Assembly: GCA_040289515.1 (NCBI GenBank) | Contig: PSLI01000009.1 | Span: 1 to 53,529 of the forward strand | Direction: 5' to 3' | Source: Candidatus Sysuimicrobiota bacterium | Lineage (GTDB): Bacteria > Sysuimicrobiota > Sysuimicrobiia > Sysuimicrobiales > Sysuimicrobiaceae | DNA length: 53,529 bases | In this document: positions 9,013 through 17,673 of the stretch, one piece after another | How the letters are laid out: each line of letters begins with the position of its first letter | Position numbering within the stretch: position 1 is the first letter of the stretch | Program-made: the position numbers and the translations under genes | The notes under the pieces: model-generated | Told to the model about the DNA's origin: nothing | The model's input: the letters and a program-made list of their open reading frames with translations, nothing else | The model's database searches: none

Positions 9013-9996
9013 CTAGCGCCGCTCCACGATCCGATCCGTCACCTCCTCGATCCGCTCCTGCCGCAGCACCACCGCCCGCCACACCTCCTGCACCCGCCGG
9101 GCCACCTCCGGGGGCACGTTGCGGGGCGGCAGGAGGCTCATCCCCGATCCCGGACGCATCTCGTAGTACCCGCCGGTGCGGCCCCGCAGGATCTGGCGGG
9201 TGACTTCCACGTAGGGTTTGCTGAAGTTGAACAGCAGGGAGGTAGTGAAGTTCTGGGGCGCGTAGCTGGTCTTGTCCGTGTAGAAGGTGGTGAGGAGCAC
9301 GCTCCGGCGGGCGGCGCGGGCCGCCTCGATGATCCCCACGGTCCCCAGGTTGACGCTGATCAGGATGAAGTCCACCCCCGCGGCGATCTGGCTCTCCGCG
9401 GCCTGGCGGGCCTTGATGGGGTCGTTCTGGTCGCCCACGAAGGCGTACAGCACCTCCGCCCTGGGGTTGTATTTCTGAAAAGCCTGGAAGATGGCGTTCA
9501 GGGAGCCGATGAAGTCCGGCAGCCGGATCCCCGCGATGTAGCCCACCTTGTTGGTCTTGGTGGTTAGGGCCGCCAGCGCCCCCAGCACGTAGAAGCCCTC
9601 GTAGAACCGCCGGCCGATGTTCCACACGTTCCCCGGCAGCCCCTGGATGGGTCCGGAGGACTCCGCCACGAACACCACGTCCGGAAATTGAGGGGCCAGC
9701 TTCTGCACGATCGCCAGGTACTGGCCCCCGTGGAAGGCCACGATCCGGTACCCCGCGGCGATGTACTCCCGGGCCACCCGCTCCGCGTCCGCCACCGCCA
9801 CCTGCTCGGAATGTGCGGTCTGCACCCCGGTGACCGCCTGTACCTCCTTGAGGGCCTGGTAGCCCACCGCGTTGAAGTCCGCGTCCTGGATGACCCCCGG
9901 GAGGATCATGGCCATCCGGGGCCGCGCCGGCGCACCTCCCGCCGCACCCGCCACGACCACGCTCAGCATCAACGCCAGCCACCAGATCCGCTTCAT
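9013..9996 (-). CDS. BMP family (nucleoside/purine) ABC substrate-binding protein
   Basis: Signal peptide; DADFNAVGYQAL, HGGQY, TKTNKVGYIAG; last gene of an ABC operon. Confidence 0.88.
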   Translation of the reverse strand: MKRIWWLALMLSVVVAGAAGGAPARPRMAMILPGVIQDADFNAVGYQALKEVQAVTGVQTAHSEQVAVADAERVAREYIAAGYRIVAFHGGQYLAIVQKLAPQFPDVVFVAESSGPIQGLPGNVWNIGRRFYEGFYVLGALAALTTKTNKVGYIAGIRLPDFIGSLNAIFQAFQKYNPRAEVLYAFVGDQNDPIKARQAAESQIAAGVDFILISVNLGTVGIIEAARAARRSVLLTTFYTDKTSYAPQNFTTSLLFNFSKPYVEVTRQILRGRTGGYYEMRPGSGMSLLPPRNVPPEVARRVQEVWRAVVLRQERIEEVTDRIVERR

Positions 9997-10334
9997 GGGT
10001 CTGCCTCCTTCCCCGACGTGCACGGCCGCACCGGGATTTTTACCTGTCGTTGGGCCAGGGCCTGGAGAACCTTGTCCAGGTCTGGGTCCTCCGCGGCCCG
10101 CAGCGCCACCACCGTGTGCTGGTGGCGCACCATCTCCTCCACGGTATCGCACAGGGCCTGCACCCACGTGTGAGCGGACGCGCTTGTCCCCAGCAGCTCC
10201 AGCCGGGGGACCAGGGTGAGCCCGTAACCTTCTTCCACCCACCGATCCACCACGTCCCGGTGCCGCCGCAGGGTTGCCCCGCTCAGCAGCAGCGTCCTTC
10301 GGGACCGGCGGTCCAGAAAGTCCAGCTCACGCAT
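9993..10334 (-). CDS. Hypothetical protein (113 aa)
   Basis: Overlaps both neighbours (translational coupling); host-like codon usage. Confidence 0.65.
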   Translation of the reverse strand: MRELDFLDRRSRRTLLLSGATLRRHRDVVDRWVEEGYGLTLVPRLELLGTSASAHTWVQALCDTVEEMVRHQHTVVALRAAEDPDLDKVLQALAQRQVKIPVRPCTSGKEADP

Positions 10335-10911
10335 CGAGGAATTTCTTCACCTCCTCCAACGCCTCCGGCAGGGAGGTGGGGTAAGGGCCTTCCCGGGGGA
10401 TCCGGTAGGGCGGGTAGATGGCCGCCGGGGCCACGTCCGTCATCCGCACGGGCAACCCGCGTTGCGCGAGTGCCCGCTCCAGCTCCTCCACGAACACGCC
10501 CTTGCCCACCACCGCGGGCGGCTCCAGGGGGACCTGGAAGGGCTTGCCGCCCCAGGTGGGATCCGACTGGGTCATGCGGAGTCCGCAGGTGGGGCTGAGG
10601 CCCTGCCCCACGAAGTACAGCTTCGCCCCCCGACGGTGGTAGGCTTCCGCCAGGTCGGCCACCGCCTCCGCCAGCTGCCGGCAGTGGCGGCGGTAGCCCA
10701 CGCTGTCGTACAGCTCCCTGGTAAACCACCACCGCCGCAGACCCACGAAGCTGGTCTCCGGGCACGGGATCTGCACCACCTCGAACCCGCGGTCCAGCAG
10801 GAAGCGGTACAGGTCCTCGATGGGCCCCCGGTGCACCGCGATCCCGGGTGCCCGCACGTTCATGTTCAGCACGCTGTGCATGAGGAAGACCACCTTGTCC
10901 GACTCCTGCAT
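10327..10911 (-). CDS. DUF523/TudS-related putative Fe-S desulfidase (CD3072-like)
   Basis: HSVLN, QIPCPE, YRRHC and SPTCG motifs; GGAGG RBS before ATG 10911. Confidence 0.8.
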   Translation of the reverse strand: MQESDKVVFLMHSVLNMNVRAPGIAVHRGPIEDLYRFLLDRGFEVVQIPCPETSFVGLRRWWFTRELYDSVGYRRHCRQLAEAVADLAEAYHRRGAKLYFVGQGLSPTCGLRMTQSDPTWGGKPFQVPLEPPAVVGKGVFVEELERALAQRGLPVRMTDVAPAAIYPPYRIPREGPYPTSLPEALEEVKKFLDA

Positions 10912-10943
10912 CCACCACCTCCGCTTCAAGATAGCATGGGACG

Positions 10944-11882
10944 CTACGCGCGGGCTTCCCGGTCGTAGGGGCGACCCAGGGCCTGCGGGGCCACGGCGCC
11001 CCGCGTGGCGCCCACCAGGGCCGCCACGGCAAACGCATACGGGAGCATCTGCAGGAACTGGGGCGGGATGGCCTTGGCCACCAGAGCCACCTTGAACTGC
11101 AGCGCCTCCACGTAGGCGAACAGAAGCGCCCCCGCCAGCACCCCCTGCGGCACCCAGCGGCCGAAGATGACCAGCATGAGGGCGATCCAGCCCCGCCCGC
11201 CCGCGATGCCCTCCGTGAAGGTCCCGGTCACGGTGAGGGGGAGGGCCGCGCCCGCAAGCCCGATCAGCGCCCCGCCCGCCACGGTGGCGGCGAACCGCAG
11301 ACCGAAAACGTCGATGCCCACGGCGTCTGCGGCCGTCGGGTTCTCTCCCGCGCTGCGCAGCCGCAGGCCCCAGGCGGTCCGGAACAAAAACACGTGCGTG
11401 ACGACCACCACCGCCCAGGCACCGTACACCAAGCCGTGCTGCCGGAACAAAATCTCGCCCAGCACCGGGATCCCCGACAGCAGCGGCAGCGCCACCTCCG
11501 GCAGGCCCTCCACCCGGGGTGGGGTTAGGCGCACCCCCACCAGCACCCGGTACAGGAGGGAGGACAAGCCCAGGCAGAGCACGTACAGGGTGAGGCCCAC
11601 GGTCACCTGGTCCCGTCCCCACGTGACCGCGTACGTGGCCAGCACCGCGGCCACGACGGCGCCCGCGGCGGCCCCCGCTAGCAAGGCTAGCTCCGTCCGC
11701 CCGCTGGCGAACCCCGCCAGGAACGCCGCCGCGGCACCCAGGGTGACCATCCCCTCGATGGCAACGTTGAGGATCCCCGCCCGCTCCATGACCAGCTCCC
11801 CGCAGGAAGCCAGCACCAGGGGAGCGGACATGGCCACCGTCAGGCGAAACAAGGACGGGTCCAGCACCAGCTCCCAGCTCAT
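10944..11882 (-). CDS. Nucleoside-type ABC transporter permease
   Basis: ERAGILNVAIEG, GLRLRSAGENP and GRGWIAL motifs. Confidence 0.92.
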   Translation of the reverse strand: MSWELVLDPSLFRLTVAMSAPLVLASCGELVMERAGILNVAIEGMVTLGAAAAFLAGFASGRTELALLAGAAAGAVVAAVLATYAVTWGRDQVTVGLTLYVLCLGLSSLLYRVLVGVRLTPPRVEGLPEVALPLLSGIPVLGEILFRQHGLVYGAWAVVVVTHVFLFRTAWGLRLRSAGENPTAADAVGIDVFGLRFAATVAGGALIGLAGAALPLTVTGTFTEGIAGGRGWIALMLVIFGRWVPQGVLAGALLFAYVEALQFKVALVAKAIPPQFLQMLPYAFAVAALVGATRGAVAPQALGRPYDREARA

Positions 11883-12916
11883 GCACGCCTCCGGGCGCGG
11901 ATCCCCTCCGCGGCCAGCAAAAACAGCAGGATGGCCGCCTGCAGCACGAACACCGCGCTGGCCGGCAAACCCGCGCTGCGCTGCAGGGAGTCCGAGCCCA
12001 CCACCAGAACCGCGAACAGCACCGAGCCCACCACCGCCCCGGGCACCGTCCGGCGCCCGAGCACCGCGATGAGGATGGACATGACCCCGTACCCCGGCGA
12101 CAGCCCCAGGATCAGCCGGTGGTGGAACCCGGTCACCTCCACGGCGCCTGCCAGGCCCGCCAGGGCCCCGCTCAGCACCAGCACAAGGGCCGTGGTGCCC
12201 TCCACCGGGATCCCGCCTAGCCGGGCCGCGGAGGGGTTGTCGCCGGTAGCACGGATCTCATACCCGAGGACGGTACGGTACAGCAGGGCCCACACCACCA
12301 CCGCCGCCAGGACGGCCAGGAGGATGCCCGCGTGGGCGCCACCCTGCGGCAGCAGCAGGGGCAGCTGGTAAGCGCGTGCGATGGGCCGTGTGATGGCCTC
12401 CCCCGCCATGGGATCGTTCCACGGGCCCGTGGACAGATACTCCACCCCAAACAGGGCGATGAAGTTCAGCATCACGGTGACGAAGATCTCGCTGACGGCG
12501 TACCGGGCCCGCAGCAGCGCGGGAAGGGCCGCCCACGCGGCCCCGCCCGCCAACCCCGCCACCAGGGCCACGGGCAATGCCACCGCACCGGGCAGGCCGG
12601 GTGCGGCCAGCGCCAAGCCCGTGGCCGTCACCGCGCCCGCGTAGATCTGCCCGTCCACCCCGATGTTGAACACCCCGCCCCGCATGCCCAGCACCACCGC
12701 CAGACTGCCCAGCAGGAGGGGCACCACCTTGTTGAGGGTTTGGCCTACGCCCCCTAGGGTCCCGAAGGAGGCCCGCACGAGGGCTCCCAGAGCCCCCAGT
12801 ACATCTCCGCCCACCGCGGCCACGAGGGCTGCCAGCAGGCCCGCCGCCAGGGCCGCGGCCCCCGCGTACGGCCACACCGACTGCCAGCGGCCTCCGTGGG
12901 CGGCACCCGTGGTCAC
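11879..12916 (-). CDS. Nucleoside-type ABC transporter permease
   Basis: FNIGVDGQ, EIFVTVMLNF and GYEIRATGDNP motifs. Confidence 0.92.
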   Translation of the reverse strand: MTTGAAHGGRWQSVWPYAGAAALAAGLLAALVAAVGGDVLGALGALVRASFGTLGGVGQTLNKVVPLLLGSLAVVLGMRGGVFNIGVDGQIYAGAVTATGLALAAPGLPGAVALPVALVAGLAGGAAWAALPALLRARYAVSEIFVTVMLNFIALFGVEYLSTGPWNDPMAGEAITRPIARAYQLPLLLPQGGAHAGILLAVLAAVVVWALLYRTVLGYEIRATGDNPSAARLGGIPVEGTTALVLVLSGALAGLAGAVEVTGFHHRLILGLSPGYGVMSILIAVLGRRTVPGAVVGSVLFAVLVVGSDSLQRSAGLPASAVFVLQAAILLFLLAAEGIRARRRA

Positions 12917-14427
12917 GCGTCAACTCCTCCCGTCATCGCCCGGCCGATAGCATACCGGTCGAACCCGTCCCGGGAAAACTCCGCCACCACCCGTCCCCGG
13001 TAAAGGACCACGATGCGGTCCGACAGCTTCAACAGCTCGTCCAGGTCTTCGGAGATGAGCAGCACCGCCCCGCCGCGCCGGCAGAACTCGACCAGCTGCC
13101 CGTGCAAAAACTCCGTGGCGGTAACGTCCAGGCCCCGCGTGGGGTTGTGGGCCACCAGCAGCCGGGCGTCCCGCTCCCGGCTAGCCCCGAACACACGGGA
13201 GGCGATGAGTTTCTGCAGGTTGCCGCCGCTGAGCTGGCCGGCGGGCGCGTCCGGGCCCAGGCAGTGGATGCGGAACTCCTCGATGGCCTCCCGGGCCAGG
13301 CGGCGGCCCACCTCAGGGTCGTACCGCAGGCTGCGGAAGTGCCACCGGTGTCGCCCCAGCAGCACGTTCTCCGCCACGGTCATGCGCGGCAGGATCCCCT
13401 CCCTCAGGCGGTCCTCCGGGACGGCAAGCACACCCGCCCGCATACGCTCTGCCACCCCGCCCCGCGCGCACGGGAGCCCGGCCAGGCGCACCTGCCCCGC
13501 GTGCGGATGGGCGCTCCCCGCCACCACCGCGGCCAGAGCCTGCTGGCCGTTCCCGCTGACACCCGCCACCCCCACCAGCTCCCCCGCCCGCACCAGCAGG
13601 TTGCAGCCGTCCAGCACGGCCACCCCTCGACCGTCCAGCACCCGCACCCCTTCCAGCTCCAGGACCGGCTCGCCCAGCTGGCCGGGTTCCCGGACGGCCG
13701 CTGGTGGCAGTGCGCTGCCCACCATCCACTCCACCAACCGGATGGGGTCCACCTCCGCCCGGCGGGCCGTCACCACCCGACGCCCCCTGCGCATCACCGT
13801 GACGCGGTCGCAGGCGCGGAGCACCTCGTGCAGCTTATGGGTGATGAACACCACGGAGATCCCGGAGGCCACCAGGGACCGCAGGGACACGAACAGGGCA
13901 TCCACCTCCTGCGGGGTGAGCAGGGTGGTGGGCTCGTCCAGCACCAGCACCCGCGCGCCCCGGTACAGGGCCTTGAGGATCTCCACCTTCTGCTGCACGC
14001 CCACGGGCAGCTCCCGCACGGGGCGATCCAGGGGCACCGGCAGGCCCACCCGCTCCATGAGGGCCTCCACCTCCGCCCGCAGGCGATCGCGCCGCAGCCA
14101 CGCGCCGCCCTCCCGCCCCAGCACCACGTTCTCCAGCGCGGTCAGCTGCCCCACCAGCTCGAAGTGCTGGTGCACCATGCCGATGCCCAGGCGAACCGCG
14201 TCCCGCGGCTCCCGCACGGTCACACGGCGGCCATCCACCTCCACGATCCCCGCGTCCGCCCGGTACAGGCCTGCCAGGACGTTCATGAGGGTGGTTTTGC
14301 CCGCCCCGTTCTCGCCCAGCAGGCCGTGGATCTCGCCCGCGGCCAGCTCGAAGTCCGCACCGTCCAGGGCCACCACGGGCCCGAAGCGCTTGCACATGCC
14401 CTGCATGCGGACCACCGGCGGGTTCAT
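12913..14427 (-). CDS. ABC transporter ATP-binding protein, double NBD (YufO/NupA type)
   Basis: GENGAGKT, LDEPT and LSGGNLQK motifs. Confidence 0.95.
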   Translation of the reverse strand: MNPPVVRMQGMCKRFGPVVALDGADFELAAGEIHGLLGENGAGKTTLMNVLAGLYRADAGIVEVDGRRVTVREPRDAVRLGIGMVHQHFELVGQLTALENVVLGREGGAWLRRDRLRAEVEALMERVGLPVPLDRPVRELPVGVQQKVEILKALYRGARVLVLDEPTTLLTPQEVDALFVSLRSLVASGISVVFITHKLHEVLRACDRVTVMRRGRRVVTARRAEVDPIRLVEWMVGSALPPAAVREPGQLGEPVLELEGVRVLDGRGVAVLDGCNLLVRAGELVGVAGVSGNGQQALAAVVAGSAHPHAGQVRLAGLPCARGGVAERMRAGVLAVPEDRLREGILPRMTVAENVLLGRHRWHFRSLRYDPEVGRRLAREAIEEFRIHCLGPDAPAGQLSGGNLQKLIASRVFGASRERDARLLVAHNPTRGLDVTATEFLHGQLVEFCRRGGAVLLISEDLDELLKLSDRIVVLYRGRVVAEFSRDGFDRYAIGRAMTGGVDA

Positions 14428-15665
14428 CCCGATACCAGCTCCGCTAGGGCCCGCACGGCCTGCTGGAAGGGCTCCAGGGGGGGCCGCACCAGCCCTGCGC
14501 CGATCTGGCCCACGCCCGGCTCCCGGTGCGCGATGCCGGTGTTCACGCGGGGGGTAATGCCGGTGCGCACCACCTTGCGCACGTCGATGGCCGTGGGGGT
14601 GCCGCGGAAGTCCAGCTGGGGGATGGCAAACGCAGGGTTCTCCGCCAGGGTGATCTCGTACATCTCCAGGGTGGCCGCCACGGCGTCCTGCGGGGTGCCG
14701 CCCACGAACTTCACGATGGCGGGCGCCGCGGCCATGGCGAACGCGCCCAGCCCCGCGGTCTCCGTGATGGTGGAGTCCCCGATGTCGGGGTTGGCCTCCT
14801 CCTCGTTAAACCCGGGGAAGTACAGGCCCTTGGGCACCGGCGCGGGTGCTGTAAACCACCGGTCCCCCAGCCCGGAGACCCGGATCCCGAACTCCACCCC
14901 GTTGCGAGCCATGCAGGTGACCACTGTGGAGCCCGGAACACCGTGGGCGGCGTCCATGGTGGCCTTGCAAGCCGCCATGACGGGGTTCAGGATGGCCAGG
15001 TCGTTGTCAGCCAGGTAGCGCAGGGCCGCAGCCAGCACCTCGGAAGGCAGGCCACACTCCGCCAGGTGAGGGGCCAGCTGCCGCGCGAACAGGCTGGAGC
15101 CTGCCACGTTGCGGTTGTGCCCCTCGTCCCCCATGGTGAGCTGACGCGCGATGGTGGCCTTCAGGTCCAGCCCTCCCATGCGCTCCAGGGCCCGGCCGAT
15201 GGCCGGTGCCACGGTCTCGTTGATCCACCGCAGCCGCTCCAGAACCTCAGGCCCGTACGCGCCGTACCGCAGCACCCGGCCGTAGCCCTCGTTGAAGTTG
15301 GAGTACGCGCGGTTGCCGTGGGTGCGGTTCTCCACGATGTACACGGGCATGGAGGCCGAGGTCACGCCCGCCATGGGGCCCACCGCCCCGTGGTGGTGGC
15401 ACGGTTCGAACCGCAGCGTCCCCGAGGAGGCCAGCTCCACCGCCTCGTGCTCGTCCCGGGCCAACCCCTCGTACAGCAGGGCCCCGATCACCGCTCCGCG
15501 CAGGGGGCCGCACATCCGCGCCCACTCCACGGGCGGTCCCGCGTGCAGGATGAGGTCCCTGCGCATCCCGGGGATCACGTCCAGGGCCCTGCCCACCCCC
15601 ACCAGCACCGGGTGGGCCTCCAGGATCCTCTGCACCACGACCTCGTTGGCCGCCTCGATGTCCAT
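14424..15665 (-). CDS. ylbE: DUF1116 protein (YlbE/YahG/AllG-like oxamate carbamoyltransferase subunit)
   Basis: LHAGPP, PCHHHGAVGPMAG, MGDEGHNRN, DIGDSTITET and NTGIAH motifs. Confidence 0.9.
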   Translation of the reverse strand: MDIEAANEVVVQRILEAHPVLVGVGRALDVIPGMRRDLILHAGPPVEWARMCGPLRGAVIGALLYEGLARDEHEAVELASSGTLRFEPCHHHGAVGPMAGVTSASMPVYIVENRTHGNRAYSNFNEGYGRVLRYGAYGPEVLERLRWINETVAPAIGRALERMGGLDLKATIARQLTMGDEGHNRNVAGSSLFARQLAPHLAECGLPSEVLAAALRYLADNDLAILNPVMAACKATMDAAHGVPGSTVVTCMARNGVEFGIRVSGLGDRWFTAPAPVPKGLYFPGFNEEEANPDIGDSTITETAGLGAFAMAAAPAIVKFVGGTPQDAVAATLEMYEITLAENPAFAIPQLDFRGTPTAIDVRKVVRTGITPRVNTGIAHREPGVGQIGAGLVRPPLEPFQQAVRALAELVSG

Positions 15666-15691
15666 CCTGTGCCTCCGAAGCCAAGCGAAAC

Positions 15692-15720
15692 GCGGGCCTC
15701 CGGGGCTTGCAGAGGCCCGC
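15692..15720 (-). terminator. Strong intergenic hairpin between fdrA and ylbE (weak terminator or mRNA stabiliser)
   Basis: GCGGGCCTCTG-loop-CGGAGGCCCGC followed by GTTTCGCTT on the minus strand. Confidence 0.4.
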
Positions 15721-15762
15721 CAATCCCCATGGTACCCGAACCGGACAAAAAACGTGCTCGCT

Positions 15763-17511
15763 TCAACCGCCCAGGCGCGCCAGCAGGTCCAGCAGCTCCG
15801 GATCGCCTGGGGCAGGCGGCCTCCAGTCCACGGACACCACCGGAACGCCCTGGGCCTGCAGGCTCTGCGCGAAGGACTCCAACCCCACGTTCACCACCCG
15901 CGGGGTTCCGGATAGCAACCGCCGCACCGGTTCGGAGCTGGGGCGGTGGATGGGTACGGGCTCTGGTACTTCCACCGCCGGCAGCCATTGCGGGAAAGCT
16001 GAAGGTGCTTGGGCGCCGCACAGCGCCGCGGCCACGCGGGCTGCAGCGGCGTTGCTGGGCGCCACCACAATCCCCGCCTCCCGCAGCCGCCGCACCTGCT
16101 CGGGGTACGGCTGGGGGTCCAGCTCGGTCCCGCACACCGACGTCACGCACACCAGCTTTCGGCCCGAGCGCCGCAGCGCATCCTCCCACGCCCGCGCCAG
16201 CTCCCCCGCGGGATCGGGGTGCGCACCGTAGCCCAGCACCACATCCGCCAGGATCACGGCCACCTCGGGGTCCTGGGCTTCGTGCAGCAGCCGCAGGTTG
16301 CGCACGGAAGGGTCCAGCATGGGGTGCAGACGTCCCACGGTGAACTCGTCCGACCCGAGGTCCACCACGGTGTGCTCCCGGCTGACCAGGGGGTCTGGCA
16401 GCCGGGCCTGTTCGGTCAGGGGCACGTTGGACCACACCCGGCCCAGCCGCGGCCGCAAGATCACCTGCGCTTCCACGCACAGGGTGCCGCCCGCAAACAG
16501 ACCCCGCACCCACCGCTGGCCTGGAGCCCAGGCCAGCGGTTCGGGCGTTGGGTCGGCCCGCTCGGGAATTTCGCGGCCCAAGAGCCGCACGGCCAGGTAC
16601 GCCGCCTCTTCCAGGGTGGTGGCGAAGTGCAGGCCCTCCCACGCTCCCGCGGGTTGCGCTCCCAGGAAGCTCACCACCACGGGCTTGCTGCAGCCACGGG
16701 CAACACGCAGCACCCGTGTTGCCACCTGCGGGGAGGGCGGTTTGGAGAGCAGCACGATGACCTCGGTGAGGGGGTCTTCCGCCAAAGCCAGCAGGGCCGT
16801 GATGAAGGTGGCTCCCCCAACCTCCTCGGACAGGTCTCGGCTCCCGGTACCGAGCGCGTGGGAGACGCCTACCCCCAGGCGGTGCACCAGGCACGCCACC
16901 TCCTGCAGGCCCGTCCCGGAGGCCGCCACGATGCCCACGGGCCCGCGCCGCAACCCGTTGGCGAACCCAAGTCCAGTACCCGCCACCACCGCGGTGCCGC
17001 AGTCGGGCCCCATGACCAGCAGGCCGCGCTCGGTGGCCAGGCGCTTCAGTCGCACCTCCTCCGCCACGGCAACGTTGTCGCTGAACAGGAACACGTGCAG
17101 CCCTTCCCGCAGGGCCTCCTCGGCCACTCCCGCGGCGAACCGCCCCGGCACGGACACCACCGCCAGGTTCGCACCTGGCAGCGCCCGCACCGCGGTGCGG
17201 ACGCTCCGGGGACGGTAGTCGGCCTGCTGGGTCCCTGCGCGGTGGGCCAGCAGTTCATCCAGCCGTTCCAGGGCCCGTACCGCCTCCGGTTCGGTGCGGG
17301 CCCGCACCACGGCCACCAGGTCGTCGGCGCCGGCGTGCTGCAGATCCGGGGCGTCCAGCCCCGCCTCCCGTAGCAGTGCCAGGTTGGCGGGTGTACCCAT
17401 GACCACACCCGCCTCCTCCACGCCCGGAAGCTCCCGGAGGGCCCGCTGGACCTGCAGGAGGGCCACCGAGTCGTGGTAGGCTCCCTTGCGGATCCTTGCC
17501 ACCACCGCCAC
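15763..17511 (-). CDS. fdrA: Acyl-CoA synthetase FdrA (AllF/YahF-like)
   Basis: YHDSV, MGTPAN, FSDNV, MGPDCGT, ASGTGLQE and GRLHPMLDP motifs; C-terminal NVGLESF..VDWRPP domain; AGGAGG RBS. Confidence 0.93.
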   Translation of the reverse strand: MAVVARIRKGAYHDSVALLQVQRALRELPGVEEAGVVMGTPANLALLREAGLDAPDLQHAGADDLVAVVRARTEPEAVRALERLDELLAHRAGTQQADYRPRSVRTAVRALPGANLAVVSVPGRFAAGVAEEALREGLHVFLFSDNVAVAEEVRLKRLATERGLLVMGPDCGTAVVAGTGLGFANGLRRGPVGIVAASGTGLQEVACLVHRLGVGVSHALGTGSRDLSEEVGGATFITALLALAEDPLTEVIVLLSKPPSPQVATRVLRVARGCSKPVVVSFLGAQPAGAWEGLHFATTLEEAAYLAVRLLGREIPERADPTPEPLAWAPGQRWVRGLFAGGTLCVEAQVILRPRLGRVWSNVPLTEQARLPDPLVSREHTVVDLGSDEFTVGRLHPMLDPSVRNLRLLHEAQDPEVAVILADVVLGYGAHPDPAGELARAWEDALRRSGRKLVCVTSVCGTELDPQPYPEQVRRLREAGIVVAPSNAAAARVAAALCGAQAPSAFPQWLPAVEVPEPVPIHRPSSEPVRRLLSGTPRVVNVGLESFAQSLQAQGVPVVSVDWRPPAPGDPELLDLLARLGG

Positions 17512-17588
17512 GGCGCTTCCCTCCTTCCCTGGGCTTCGACGCCCGAACCCTCCACCCCTTCCCGGCACGCAGGAAAACCTCCTGTCCG

Positions 17589-17604
17589 TGTGGAAACTAC
17601 CACA
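17589..17604. promoter_or_regulatory. Palindromic operator candidate TGTGG-N6-CCACA
   Basis: Perfect 5-bp inverted repeat with 6-nt spacer in the divergent intergenic region. Confidence 0.4.
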
Positions 17605-17662
17605 GCTGTCCGCGGAAGCGGATGCCGCCGGCGTTGCCGGCGAGCCCGGAAAACCTAGGTAG
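17605..17662 (+). ncRNA. Candidate xanthine-I (NMT1)-like riboswitch
   Basis: GGAAGCG (17614-17620), hairpin CGCCGGC-GTT-GCCGGCG, then AGCCCGGAAAACC (17643-17655) directly before the RBS of a BMP gene; resemblance judged from memory. Confidence 0.5.
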
Positions 17663-17673
17663 GAGGGAGAGCC

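Noticed and set aside
13013..16343. Several long plus-strand ORFs opposite the ABC, ylbE and fdrA genes (similar ones occur throughout the window)
   Set aside because: Stop-poor antisense and alternate frames are expected at this GC content; they show no recognisable motifs.
17585..17610. ZTP (pfl) or ykkC riboswitch resemblance
   Set aside because: The GACTGGCG and CGCCTGGGC elements of ZTP and the ykkC 5' core are absent.
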